Source: Vibrio alginolyticus NBRC 15630 = ATCC 17749 (GTDB lineage Bacteria; Pseudomonadota; Gammaproteobacteria; Enterobacterales; Vibrionaceae). From it: a DNA stretch of 32,000 nt. The position numbers were made by a program, and so were the translations under genes. The notes beneath the pieces are model-generated. The model was not told the DNA's origin. It ran no database searches and saw nothing but the letters and a program-made list of their open reading frames with translations. The stretch's first letter is position 1, and each line of letters starts with the position of its first letter. Where the stretch lies: contig NC_022349.1 in assembly GCF_000354175.2 (NCBI RefSeq), forward strand, positions 2,490,001-2,522,000. Reading direction: 5' to 3'. Positions 1-9,167 of this stretch are shown here, piece after piece.

Positions 1-42
1 ATTTATTGGTAATGATGTAATTTTACTGAGGAAACCCCAGTA

Positions 43-585
43 ATGAGCCGTAGTAAAAAATCTAGAAAACCGGGTGCCGCTGGTGCACCTGAGTTTGTTG
101 TAACTCGTAACCGTACAGAATCTGATGTGGAAGGCCGCTTACGCAAGCGTGCTAAAAAGCGTAAAGGTCTGAAAACGGGTAACCGTAACTCAGAAGTTAA
201 CGAGCAGAAAAAGCAAGCTGCTGCACAAAATCGCGACCCGCGCTTAGGCAGCAAAAAGAAAATACCTCTGATTGTTGAACCTGCGAAGAAAATGACGAAG
301 CAAGAGCGTCGTTTGTCGGCAGAGCAAGAACTAGAGATGCTAGAAAATGACGCGCAATTGAACGTGTTGCTAGACCGTATTGAAGCGGGTGAAAACCTGG
401 GCACAGGTCTACAGAAATTCGTCGATGAGAAACTCGATCGCATTGAGAAGCTAATGGACCAACTAGGTTTGTTGGAACCTGAAGAAGAGGAAGACTTCAC
501 TGCACCTGCTGAGAAAAGCACGCGCAACGATGATGACTTGCTGGCAGATTTCGACGACATTAATTTCGACGACTATAAAGGATAA
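43..585 (+). CDS. yihI: Der GTPase-activating protein YihI
   Basis: 180-aa ORF with a very basic N-terminus and an acidic C-terminus. Collinear with remembered E. coli YihI blocks (DPRLGSKKKIPL, LDRIEAGE, KLDRIEKLM). Lies upstream of hemN, as in enterics. Confidence 0.88.
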   Translation: MSRSKKSRKPGAAGAPEFVVTRNRTESDVEGRLRKRAKKRKGLKTGNRNSEVNEQKKQAAAQNRDPRLGSKKKIPLIVEPAKKMTKQERRLSAEQELEMLENDAQLNVLLDRIEAGENLGTGLQKFVDEKLDRIEKLMDQLGLLEPEEEEDFTAPAEKSTRNDDDLLADFDDINFDDYKG

Positions 586-592
586 TTAAGCT

Positions 593-1081
593 ATGAATGT
601 AACCTTATTAGCTATTGCTGGTGTTGTGATTATCATCGCACTCGCTTCTTATGCAGGTTACCTTCTGCTTCAATTGAAAAAGCAAAAGGAATTGCAGCTG
701 AAGCATCAAAAATTGGCGATAGACAAACGTAACGCCAACATTTTTGAGAATGTGCATACCTTGTGTCAGGCGGGCATTCAAGGGCAGTGCGATTTATCTG
801 AAATCAGTATCCGTGTGTATAACATCATGGATTATGTACAAGGTGAAGACCGCGTTGATTTCGATAAAACGTACCCTGCGATTTCTGAGCTTTACCACAT
901 AGTGAAAGATATGGCGCGTGGCGAAGAACGCCAACAACTTGCCAAGAAAGAGCGTATGCAACAGAACTTGACGCGTCATAAAGCGGAAAGCCGCCTCACT
1001 GATGCGATTATTGAGGAGCTCAAAGTGTTGCAGAAAAACGTCCAGCCACTGAATAATCAAATCAATATTCAGATGATTTAA
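593..1081 (+). CDS. Membrane-anchored protein of unknown function (DUF2489-like)
   Basis: 162-aa ORF starting 8 nt after the yihI stop, with one N-terminal TM helix (LLAIAGVVIIIALASYAGYLLL) and a soluble remainder. The DUF2489 label comes from memory of Vibrio annotations and is not verifiable here. Confidence 0.6.
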   Translation: MNVTLLAIAGVVIIIALASYAGYLLLQLKKQKELQLKHQKLAIDKRNANIFENVHTLCQAGIQGQCDLSEISIRVYNIMDYVQGEDRVDFDKTYPAISELYHIVKDMARGEERQQLAKKERMQQNLTRHKAESRLTDAIIEELKVLQKNVQPLNNQINIQMI

Positions 1082-1265
1082 GCGCGACCCCCAATAGTCT
1101 CCTTATGACTAATGGGGGTATCGTGATCACGCTAGCACTTCTTTAGTTTTATACTTAAAAAGCCAGTCGGCGTTGCCACGCTTGTCATCGTCGTATGGCA
1201 AAATAGCGGCTCTGAATATCGGGTGACGGCTTTCGTTGCCCTAGCATTTAACGGAAAGTACCACC

Positions 1266-2657
1266 ATGTCGAATCAACACACTGAATCGAAACAGCAAAT
1301 CGTCTGGGATCAAGCGGTATTGGATAAGTACAACTATTCCGGGCCTCGTTATACGTCGTACCCAACGGCGCTGGAGTTTCATGAAGCGTTCACCATTTCT
1401 GATTATGATATGGCATGCACTCAATACCCAGAACGCCCATTATCGCTGTACGTACACATTCCGTTCTGTCACAAGCTTTGTTACTACTGTGGATGTAATA
1501 AAGTCATTACACGCCATTCGCACAAAGCGGATGAATACCTCGACGTGCTTGAACACGAAATTCGTCAACGTGCTGCATTACTTGTTGGTCGCACCGTGAC
1601 GCAATTGCATTTTGGTGGTGGTACACCGACGTTTCTCTCTGAAAAGCAAATCACGCGTGTAATGAGCCTGCTACGCCAAGAGTTTACTTTTAGTAGCGAT
1701 GCTGAAATCAGTATCGAGGTTGACCCGCGTGAAATCGAGCTGACCATGCTGGATCATCTGCGTAGTGAAGGCTTCAATCGCTTGAGCATCGGTGTTCAGG
1801 ACTTCAACAAAGAAGTGCAAAAGCTGGTGAATCGTGAGCAAGATGAAGAGTTCATCGTTGCGATGGTTGCGCGCGCAAAAGAGTTAGGCTTTCGTTCGAC
1901 GAACCTAGATTTAATTTACGGTTTACCGAAGCAGACCAAAGAATCTTTTGCCAAGACTCTAGAACAAGTGCTAGAGATGCAGCCGGGCCGTCTATCCGTG
2001 TTTAACTACGCGCACATGCCACAGCTATTTGCAGCGCAGCGTAAGATTAAAGACGAAGACCTGCCAAAGGCAGAAGAGAAGATGGCGATTCTGCAAGACA
2101 CCATCGCGACACTGACTGATGCTGGCTACCAATTTATCGGTATGGACCACTTTGCTTTGCCGGACGATGAACTTGCTGTTGCCCAGCGCGAAGGTATTTT
2201 GCATCGCAATTTCCAAGGCTACACCACACAAGGTGAATGTGACTTGGTTGGCTTTGGTGTTTCTGCAATCTCGATGATCGGCGATGCGTACGCGCAAAAC
2301 CAGAAAGAGCTGAAGAAATACTACGCTCAAGTCAACGAACTTCGTCACGCTCTATGGAAAGGGGTCTCTCTGGACTCCGATGATTTGCTCCGTCGCGAAG
2401 TGATTAAGCAGCTGATTTGTAACTTCAAGTTAGACAAGAAAGCCATTGAGTCTGAGTTTAAAGTGAGGTTTGAACAGTACTTTAAAGAAGATTTGCAGCT
2501 ACTTCAGACCTTTATTAACGATGAGCTGGTGGAAGTGGATGACAATGAAATTCGTGTGACGCTGCGAGGTCGTTTGTTGATCCGTAATATTTGTATGAGC
2601 TTCGATAAATACCTACGAGCAAAGGCACGTCAGCAACAGTTCTCTCGTGTTATTTAA
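1266..2657 (+). CDS. hemN: Oxygen-independent coproporphyrinogen III oxidase (radical SAM)
   Basis: 463 aa. Has the CxxxCxxC cluster motif (CHKLCYYCGC) and GGGTPT. Near full-length collinearity with E. coli HemN, including YNYSGPRYTSYPTA and the C-terminal QQFSRVI. Confidence 0.96.
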   Translation: MSNQHTESKQQIVWDQAVLDKYNYSGPRYTSYPTALEFHEAFTISDYDMACTQYPERPLSLYVHIPFCHKLCYYCGCNKVITRHSHKADEYLDVLEHEIRQRAALLVGRTVTQLHFGGGTPTFLSEKQITRVMSLLRQEFTFSSDAEISIEVDPREIELTMLDHLRSEGFNRLSIGVQDFNKEVQKLVNREQDEEFIVAMVARAKELGFRSTNLDLIYGLPKQTKESFAKTLEQVLEMQPGRLSVFNYAHMPQLFAAQRKIKDEDLPKAEEKMAILQDTIATLTDAGYQFIGMDHFALPDDELAVAQREGILHRNFQGYTTQGECDLVGFGVSAISMIGDAYAQNQKELKKYYAQVNELRHALWKGVSLDSDDLLRREVIKQLICNFKLDKKAIESEFKVRFEQYFKEDLQLLQTFINDELVEVDDNEIRVTLRGRLLIRNICMSFDKYLRAKARQQQFSRVI

Positions 2658-2680
2658 TCAGAGATACAGATTCAAGATAT

Positions 2681-2711
2681 AAAAAATGCCAGCAGATGCT
2701 GGCATTTTTTT
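2681..2711. terminator. Bidirectional rho-independent terminator between convergent hemN and add
   Basis: aaaaaaTGCCAGCagatGCTGGCAttttttt: a 7-bp GC-rich stem flanked by an A-tract and a T-tract. Confidence 0.85.
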
Positions 2712-2726
2712 ATGTTTTCGCTGGAT

Positions 2727-3731
2727 TTAAGCGCGATCTTTTACTTTTTCTCTCAGTTCCGATTTTTCTGCTTCTGAAAGGAACGCAATCTCAAGGCCAT
2801 TGATTTGCGCTTGGCGAATCTGGTCTTGGCTCAGGCCAGCGGCTGGTGCCGCTACTTCGTATTCGTATGGCAGTTCGATACCTTCAACCGCTGGATCGTC
2901 AGTGTTCAGACACGCAAGAACGCCATGCTCTAGGAACTGCTTGAGAGGGTGGTTTTCTAGCGTTTCTACCGTACTTGTTTGGTAGTTTGACGTCAGGCAA
3001 GATTCAATACCAATGCGGTTTTCTGCTAGGTAATCCATCAGTTTTGGATCGTGAATCGCTTTTACGCCGTGACCGATACGAGTTGCGCCCAGCTCATTGA
3101 TTGCTTGCCACATGCTCTCTGCACCTGCTGCTTCACCAGCATGGACCGTTACCCCAAGGCCAGCATCGCGTACTTGCTTGAAGTGAGACACAAAGCGATC
3201 ACCCGGTTGGCCTAGCTCGTCACCCGCAAGGTCGACGGCAACGATGTGATCTTTCTGGCTCAGAATGCCGTCCAGTTCTTGTTGACATGCGTCAGTGCCA
3301 AATGTGCGACTCATGATACCGATCAGGTTGGCTTTCACGCCAAAATCGCGCATACCCGCTTGCACACCGTCCACGACGGCTTCAACAACCCCCGTTACTG
3401 GTAGTTTGTGTTTCATCGCCATGTAGTAAGGAGAGAAACGCAGCTCTGCGTAATCGATTTGTGCGTTTAGCGCGTCTTCTACGTTTTCGTACGCGACACG
3501 ACGACACGCATCTAGATCGCCCAGTACAGCAACACCCCAGTCGAGCTTAGAAAGGAAAGCAACAAGAGAGGGTTCCGCTTCGACAATTTGAACGTGAGGA
3601 GTGAGAGACTCAATATCGTACGCTGGTAGGGCAATGCCAAACTTTTGGCCTAGCTCAAGAATCGTTTTAGTACGAATGTTACCGTCGAGGTGACGGTGCA
3701 AATCAGTAAGAGGAAGGTTCTTCGTTATCAT
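2727..3731 (-). CDS. add: Adenosine deaminase
   Basis: 334 aa with metal-site motifs HRHLDGN, VHAGE and NTDDP. Collinear with E. coli Add over the full length. Confidence 0.95.
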   Translation of the reverse strand: MITKNLPLTDLHRHLDGNIRTKTILELGQKFGIALPAYDIESLTPHVQIVEAEPSLVAFLSKLDWGVAVLGDLDACRRVAYENVEDALNAQIDYAELRFSPYYMAMKHKLPVTGVVEAVVDGVQAGMRDFGVKANLIGIMSRTFGTDACQQELDGILSQKDHIVAVDLAGDELGQPGDRFVSHFKQVRDAGLGVTVHAGEAAGAESMWQAINELGATRIGHGVKAIHDPKLMDYLAENRIGIESCLTSNYQTSTVETLENHPLKQFLEHGVLACLNTDDPAVEGIELPYEYEVAAPAAGLSQDQIRQAQINGLEIAFLSEAEKSELREKVKDRA

Positions 3732-3878
3732 TTTGTCGATCCGGATAGTTATGAACTGGAACAGGGCCCAAACATCATCTGTGACAATACATGGGTAAGA
3801 TTTGCAGTTAAGTATAAATAACAGTTGGGTAGATTGTCAGTAGAGGATGACTAGGAAATCAACGATTCTCGCTCTTTT

Positions 3879-6425
3879 CTACTTCATGTTCACCAAATGT
3901 GTTGGCCATTCTTCTAGTGGCATAGGGCGGCTGTAGTAGAAGCCTTGCACCTGATTACAGCCTAAAGAGCGCAGTAATTGTGCTTGATTGCTATCCTCGA
4001 CACCTTCCGCGACGACATTAGTTTTGAGACCTGCTGTGATATTGATGACGGCAGCGACGACTGAACTGTTTAAGTTTTCTTGTGTGAGTTGATTGATGAA
4101 GGTGCGATCAATCTTCAAGCAGGTAAACGGCAGAGAGTGGAGGTAACCCAGTGATGAGTAGCCGGTGCCAAAGTCATCTATCGCGATACCAATACCCATT
4201 TCACGCAGTTTAGTCATATTTTCTAGTGTGGTCGGTGCGCTATCAATGATACGTGATTCTGTGATCTCTAGTGTGAGGTTACTTGCTGGTAATTTCGTGA
4301 TATCCAATACGCTTGTCACCGTATCAACAAAACTTGGGCAAGATAGTTGATTAACGGAGATATTCACATGCAGTTGGAAGTCCGACGGCCACTGTTTGCT
4401 TTCGATCGCTTGGTAAGTGTCGCGACAAGCTTGTAACAGAATCTGTTGGCCGATGGCTTTGATCATGCCGCTTTCTTCCGCGATTGGGATAAAATCTAAT
4501 GGTGACACCATACCTGAGTCGCTATGCCAACGCGCCAGTGCTTCGGCGCCACACACTGTGCCACTGACGAGATCCACAATCGGTTGGTAATGAGGAATAA
4601 ACTCTCGGTTTTCAATGCCAGTTTGGATCTTGGTCAGCATTTGCGTACGAAACTTTGAAGCGCTCGCTAGTTCTGGGCTGTAGTGACAAACACCAGTCAG
4701 TGAGTCTTGTTTAGCGTAACTTAATGCGATGCTGGCGTTGCGTAACCATAAAGGCATGGTTTCGTTTGGCTGGGTTTGTACAATACCAAGTGAAATCTTC
4801 ATCACTACATTCTCGCCTTCCACCATAAATGGGGTGGAAAAGAGTTGCTGTAATCGACGCTCGGTTTGTTTAATTTTGGTTTCAGTGTCGACATTTGAGA
4901 GAAACACCGCGAACTCATCACCACCAATCCGAGCCAATAATGCGTTGTCACGAAACTGCTGTTTTAGCCTTTCAGCGATGCTGACCAACAACTGGTCGCC
5001 GTTGTGATGACCCACACTGTCGTTGATATCTCTAAATTTGTTGATACCAAGTAAAAATAAACTGCCGTGACAAAGATGAGACTGATTTTCACAGATTTCG
5101 ACCAAACCCTGACGGCTATATAAGCGTGTTAGAGAGTCATAAACTAACTGTTCACGCAATGCTTTGAATGAAGCTCTTAGATTGTTCGCCATTTCATTAA
5201 AAGCATGAACCAGTACGGTTGTCTCATACACATAACCAGGCTTTGGCATGCCGCTATCCCAATCCCCATTTGCCAGGTGCTGAGCGGCGGCGGCCGTCGC
5301 GTTAATTGGTCTGGTAACTCGGTTGAAAATGATCCAACTGATGGCGATCCCAAATAGGCTTACAATAATGCCAACGAGCCAACTCTCTTGCTGGCTTTTT
5401 GGTAACAGGCCGAGAAGCTCGGACTCCGAAATGGAGGTGCCAATAAACCATGTTAAGCCATCTTGGTCTCGATACGGGGTTAGCCGACTGAAAATACGTT
5501 GTCCATCATGTTCAAATGAAAAAGTATAAGGTTGCTTGGTGTTGTTGAGATCGAAAGACCGGACGCGGCTCGCACTGATTTTGATGATCGGGTCTGCGTT
5601 TTCAGCGGCAAGCAAACGCTGCCCTTTATCCGAAAATTTTGTGCCCCATGAGATGACGCTTCCCGGGCCTGAGTGAGCGATTAAACGATGATCTGGGTCC
5701 ATGATGTAGACCGACGCTTTAGTGTTGTATTTTAACTCGCGCAGGAATTCGTTGAATGTATTGATACGAATGTCTGTCACCAAAACACCAGCAAATTGGT
5801 CGTGTTTGTACACCGGCGTCATGGCTGATAGCGTAATATCCTGGCGTTCATCAGCGTTGGTATAAATTTCAGACCAAGTGGCGTTTTGGCTCTCTGCAAC
5901 GGGCTTATACCATGGGCGAGTGCGAGGATCGTATTGGGAGATAACCGTTCGAATGTTGTTACTCACATGGTTGGTTCCATAAATAACCAGATCACCATCG
6001 GTGTGGCGATCTTGCACCATTAAGGTGTAATCGTCGGAAAGTTCGCGGCGAAAGCCTGCAAAGTCGCCGTTTTCTGAACCAAATGCGATTACATCCAACT
6101 GCGGTATCGATTGGTAAAGATTTTTGAATGCACTTAGCAGGTAGTTTTGAATGTCTGAGGTATCGTGAGGGCGATAAAGGTTGTGATAGCTGACGTTGTG
6201 CGCGAGAGCCATAACCGCAGTAAAAGGCTTACGTAGATAGCTATTGAGGTGGTCGTGGACACTTTCGGTTAACACGGAAAGTTGCTTGTCACTGATATCC
6301 GTGACCACTTCTTCGTAACTTTGTTTTTGGACGTAGACAATGACACCGATCGCCAGTAAGAAGATCATGACAAATGGAATCAGAACAGCAGTACGCAGTG
6401 TAATTTGAGTCGTAGCAGTAGACAT
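3879..6425 (-). CDS. Periplasmic-sensor (Cache-like) / HAMP / GGDEF / EAL c-di-GMP signalling protein
   Basis: 848 aa. TM1 at about residues 13-32, a ~315-aa periplasmic region and TM2 at about 349-369, followed by a HAMP-like linker. GGDEF is at codons 501-505 (nt 4911-4925) and EAL at 628-630 (nt 4536-4544). The EAL domain also carries DDFGTGYSS, KIDR, EGVE and QG(F/Y). Confidence 0.9.
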   Translation of the reverse strand: MSTATTQITLRTAVLIPFVMIFLLAIGVIVYVQKQSYEEVVTDISDKQLSVLTESVHDHLNSYLRKPFTAVMALAHNVSYHNLYRPHDTSDIQNYLLSAFKNLYQSIPQLDVIAFGSENGDFAGFRRELSDDYTLMVQDRHTDGDLVIYGTNHVSNNIRTVISQYDPRTRPWYKPVAESQNATWSEIYTNADERQDITLSAMTPVYKHDQFAGVLVTDIRINTFNEFLRELKYNTKASVYIMDPDHRLIAHSGPGSVISWGTKFSDKGQRLLAAENADPIIKISASRVRSFDLNNTKQPYTFSFEHDGQRIFSRLTPYRDQDGLTWFIGTSISESELLGLLPKSQQESWLVGIIVSLFGIAISWIIFNRVTRPINATAAAAQHLANGDWDSGMPKPGYVYETTVLVHAFNEMANNLRASFKALREQLVYDSLTRLYSRQGLVEICENQSHLCHGSLFLLGINKFRDINDSVGHHNGDQLLVSIAERLKQQFRDNALLARIGGDEFAVFLSNVDTETKIKQTERRLQQLFSTPFMVEGENVVMKISLGIVQTQPNETMPLWLRNASIALSYAKQDSLTGVCHYSPELASASKFRTQMLTKIQTGIENREFIPHYQPIVDLVSGTVCGAEALARWHSDSGMVSPLDFIPIAEESGMIKAIGQQILLQACRDTYQAIESKQWPSDFQLHVNISVNQLSCPSFVDTVTSVLDITKLPASNLTLEITESRIIDSAPTTLENMTKLREMGIGIAIDDFGTGYSSLGYLHSLPFTCLKIDRTFINQLTQENLNSSVVAAVINITAGLKTNVVAEGVEDSNQAQLLRSLGCNQVQGFYYSRPMPLEEWPTHLVNMK

Positions 6426-6527
6426 CGCCTAATCACATAGATGGTGGTGCGCCACAATTGTACTGATGTTTTTATTAATATCGAGTGACAAACGACGCTC
6501 GTTGTTAACGCACCACGTAAGTGATTG

Positions 6528-7931
6528 TCAGTACAATTCTTTTAATTTTCTGGTGAGTGTATTTCGCCCCCAGCCTAATACTTTAGCGGCATCTTGCTTA
6601 TGACCTTTAGTGTGCTCTAAGGCTGCTTCTAATAAAATGCGTTCAAATTCTGGTAAAGCGTAAGAAAGTAGTTCTTTATCTCCTGCTGCGAGTGAATGCC
6701 GTGCCCAATCCGCCAATTGTTCTTGCCAACTACCATGTGCAGAGTCTGAAATGGATTTTTTCTCTTCGAGTAGTTCGCTTGGCAAGTCATTTGGTAACAC
6801 TTCGCTACCACTGGCCATAACGGTTAACCAACGGCAAATATTCTCTAATTGACGAACGTTGCCAGGCCAATCAAGGCGGTTAAGAATCTCCACGGTCGAT
6901 GGGTGGAGAGTTTTTGTTTCCACACCAAGCTCATCAGCCGCACGGATAAGAAAATGCTGTGTAAGCTTTTCAATGTCTTGCTTACGCTCACGCAGTGCCG
7001 GGATCTGCACGCGAATCACGTTTAAGCGATGAAAGAGGTCCTCACGGAAGTCACCTTCTTGCACCAGCTTTTCTAAGTTCTGGTGTGTTGCCGCGACAAT
7101 TCGTACATCGACACTGATCGGAGAGTGACCGCCCACTCGATAAAACTGCCCGTCAGCTAGAACGCGTAGTAAACGAGTTTGAATGTCTAATGGCATGTCG
7201 CCGATTTCGTCTAAAAATAGAGTGCCGCCATTGGCTTGTTCGAATCGTCCTTGACGAACATTGTTTGCTCCCGTAAACGCGCCTTTTTCGTGGCCAAACA
7301 GTTCTGATTCAATCAAGTCTTTGGGAATCGCCGCCATATTGAGCGCAATGAAAGGTTTGTTAGCACGTGGACTGTGACGGTGCAGTGCATGAGCAACGAG
7401 TTCTTTACCCGTGCCCGATTCACCGTTAATCAAGACTGAAATAGAGGAGCGAGAAAGACGACCAATGGCGCGAAACACCTCTTGCATCGCTGGTGCTTCA
7501 CCGATAATTTCAGGCGTTTCTGCTGGAATGTCTTCTGGAGAGAGCTGCTCGCGTTTGTTTTCGTGGCTGTGTGCAATGGCTCGTTCAACCAGAGTTAAAG
7601 TTTCATCAATATCAAAAGGTTTTGGTAAATATTCAAAAGCACCTTTTTGGTACGCATTCACTGCCGCATCTAAATCTGAATGCGCGGTCATGATAATCAC
7701 GGGAAGGTCTGGGTAATCGCGCTGTACTTGCTTTAGTAGCTCCAACCCATCAATACCTGGCATGCGAATGTCTGATACTAGAACATCCGGCACTTCGCGT
7801 TCGAGCGCCATTAACACGCTTTCCCCATCGGCATAGGTTTCACATTTGATGTTGGCAGAGGAGAGCGTTTTCTCCATTACCCAGCGAATTGAACTGTCGT
7901 CATCAACGACCCAAACATATCCTTTACTCAT
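6528..7931 (-). CDS. glnG: Nitrogen regulation response regulator NtrC (sigma54-dependent activator)
   Basis: 467 aa. Receiver domain (VWVVDDDSSIRWV, SDIRMPGIDG), AAA+ core with Walker A GESGTGKE and the ESELFGHEKGAFTGA loop, and a C-terminal HTH. Located downstream of ntrB. Confidence 0.96.
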   Translation of the reverse strand: MSKGYVWVVDDDSSIRWVMEKTLSSANIKCETYADGESVLMALEREVPDVLVSDIRMPGIDGLELLKQVQRDYPDLPVIIMTAHSDLDAAVNAYQKGAFEYLPKPFDIDETLTLVERAIAHSHENKREQLSPEDIPAETPEIIGEAPAMQEVFRAIGRLSRSSISVLINGESGTGKELVAHALHRHSPRANKPFIALNMAAIPKDLIESELFGHEKGAFTGANNVRQGRFEQANGGTLFLDEIGDMPLDIQTRLLRVLADGQFYRVGGHSPISVDVRIVAATHQNLEKLVQEGDFREDLFHRLNVIRVQIPALRERKQDIEKLTQHFLIRAADELGVETKTLHPSTVEILNRLDWPGNVRQLENICRWLTVMASGSEVLPNDLPSELLEEKKSISDSAHGSWQEQLADWARHSLAAGDKELLSYALPEFERILLEAALEHTKGHKQDAAKVLGWGRNTLTRKLKELY

Positions 7932-7988
7932 GTAGTAATCCTTGCAGCAAACCGAAAAACTGACGCGACTTGAAGTCCATTAGCGCAC

Positions 7989-9035
7989 TCAGATCGGCAG
8001 ATAAATAGTAAATGTTGTGTGACCAGGCCAGCTTTCTACGTCTATTTTTCCATTGTGCTGGTCGATCAAATTTTGCGAAATAGATAGCCCTAATCCAGTT
8101 CCTCCCTCGCGGCCACTGACCATGGGATAGAACAGCGTGTCTTGTAGTTCCGGTGGAATACCTGGGCCGTTGTCTGTGATTTCGACACGAGCAGCGAGTT
8201 TACAGCGTTTGCCGTGAATATTGGCTTGATGCACCGTTCTGGTGCGAATGGTTATTTTCCCGTGCTCTTGATGGCTAAGAATTTGTGCGGCGTTACTGAC
8301 GATATTAAGCATTGCCTGCTCGATTTGGTCTGTATCCATCAAAATCTCTGGCAAGCTTGGGTCATAATCTCGTTCAATGATGATTGAGCGTTGTGACTCT
8401 AATTCAACCAGTTGGCGAACCTTTTCAAGAATTTGGTGCAGATTCTCTTGTGTCTTCTTACCTGGCTTCTGAGGTCCTAGTAATCGATCCACGAGCGCCC
8501 TTAAACGGTCTGCTTGCTCAATGATGATGTGTGTATATTCGGTGAGAGAGGGCTCTGGCAGCATTTTTTCTAACAATTGCGCCGCACCGCGTAAGCCGCC
8601 AAGCGGATTTTTGATCTCATGTGCAAGCCCTCGGACTAACAGCTTCGCCGCTTGTTGTTGGGCGTGTTGGTTCAGTTCTTGAGAGAGTCGGCGCTGCTGA
8701 TCAATTTTGCGCATCTCGACCAGAAGCATCAACTGCTTTTGCCAAGTGATAGGGCTAACCGTCACCTCTAGCATTAAAGGGCGGCCATCAACAACGAAAG
8801 TGACGTCACTGTCGGTGATGCTTTGGCCACTTTGCAACGGTTGAGTGAGCAGCGCGAGATCCAGCGACGCATGCTGAATCAATTGAGAAAGTGATTGTTC
8901 AATAATTCGTTTAGCGCTTTGAGAAAACAGCAATTCGGCAGCCGGATTGGCATAACGGATGGCCAATCCATCATCAAGAATCAGCGTTGCTGTCACCATA
9001 TTGTTGAGAATGGCACTAGGAAGACTGGTATCCAC
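7989..9035 (-). CDS. glnL: Nitrogen regulation sensor histidine kinase NtrB
   Basis: H-box [11 protein letters not shown] plus DNGPGI and GGTGLGLS boxes, collinear with E. coli NtrB. I place the start at GTG 9035, preceded by AAGGA with a 6-nt spacer. The ORF-track start at 9086 is a TTG inside an NtrC operator and adds 17 residues with no counterpart in E. coli NtrB. Confidence 0.9.
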   Translation of the reverse strand: MDTSLPSAILNNMVTATLILDDGLAIRYANPAAELLFSQSAKRIIEQSLSQLIQHASLDLALLTQPLQSGQSITDSDVTFVVDGRPLMLEVTVSPITWQKQLMLLVEMRKIDQQRRLSQELNQHAQQQAAKLLVRGLAHEIKNPLGGLRGAAQLLEKMLPEPSLTEYTHIIIEQADRLRALVDRLLGPQKPGKKTQENLHQILEKVRQLVELESQRSIIIERDYDPSLPEILMDTDQIEQAMLNIVSNAAQILSHQEHGKITIRTRTVHQANIHGKRCKLAARVEITDNGPGIPPELQDTLFYPMVSGREGGTGLGLSISQNLIDQHNGKIDVESWPGHTTFTIYLPI

Positions 9036-9068
9036 ATTACGTCCTTGTTTTGCTTTAAGATTGTGCGA

Positions 9069-9085
9069 TGCACAATAATGGTGCA
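9069..9085. promoter_or_regulatory. NtrC-binding box in the ntrB (glnL) promoter region
   Basis: TGCACAATAATGGTGCA has one mismatch to the palindromic NtrC consensus TGCACC-N4-TGGTGCA. It lies 34-50 nt upstream of the GTG start of ntrB. Confidence 0.6.
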
Positions 9086-9167
9086 ATTGAACGTTAAGTA
9101 TGGCGAATAAATCTTAGAAGAAAAAGTGAAAAGCACCGCTGTGATGTGATTTTTTTCACCAGATATT

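Noticed and set aside
3-560. A 185-aa Ser-rich ORF on the minus strand.
   Set aside because: It lies entirely antisense to yihI, which has clear homology. The low-complexity Ser/Phe-rich translation is typical of a shadow ORF opposite a Lys/Glu-rich gene.
1087-1119. The hairpin ACCCCCA-N19-TGGGGGT after the DUF2489-like gene, considered as a terminator.
   Set aside because: It has a large 19-nt loop and no following T-tract, so I did not call it as a terminator.
1132-1365. A 77-aa minus-strand ORF spanning the hemN start region.
   Set aside because: It overlaps the hemN 5' end and promoter region, has no SD or recognisable features, and is most simply a chance ORF.
9036-9086. The N-terminal extension of ntrB to the TTG at 9086.
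   Set aside because: The start codon would sit inside a palindromic NtrC box, and the extra residues have no counterpart in NtrB homologs. The GTG at 9035 has a proper SD.
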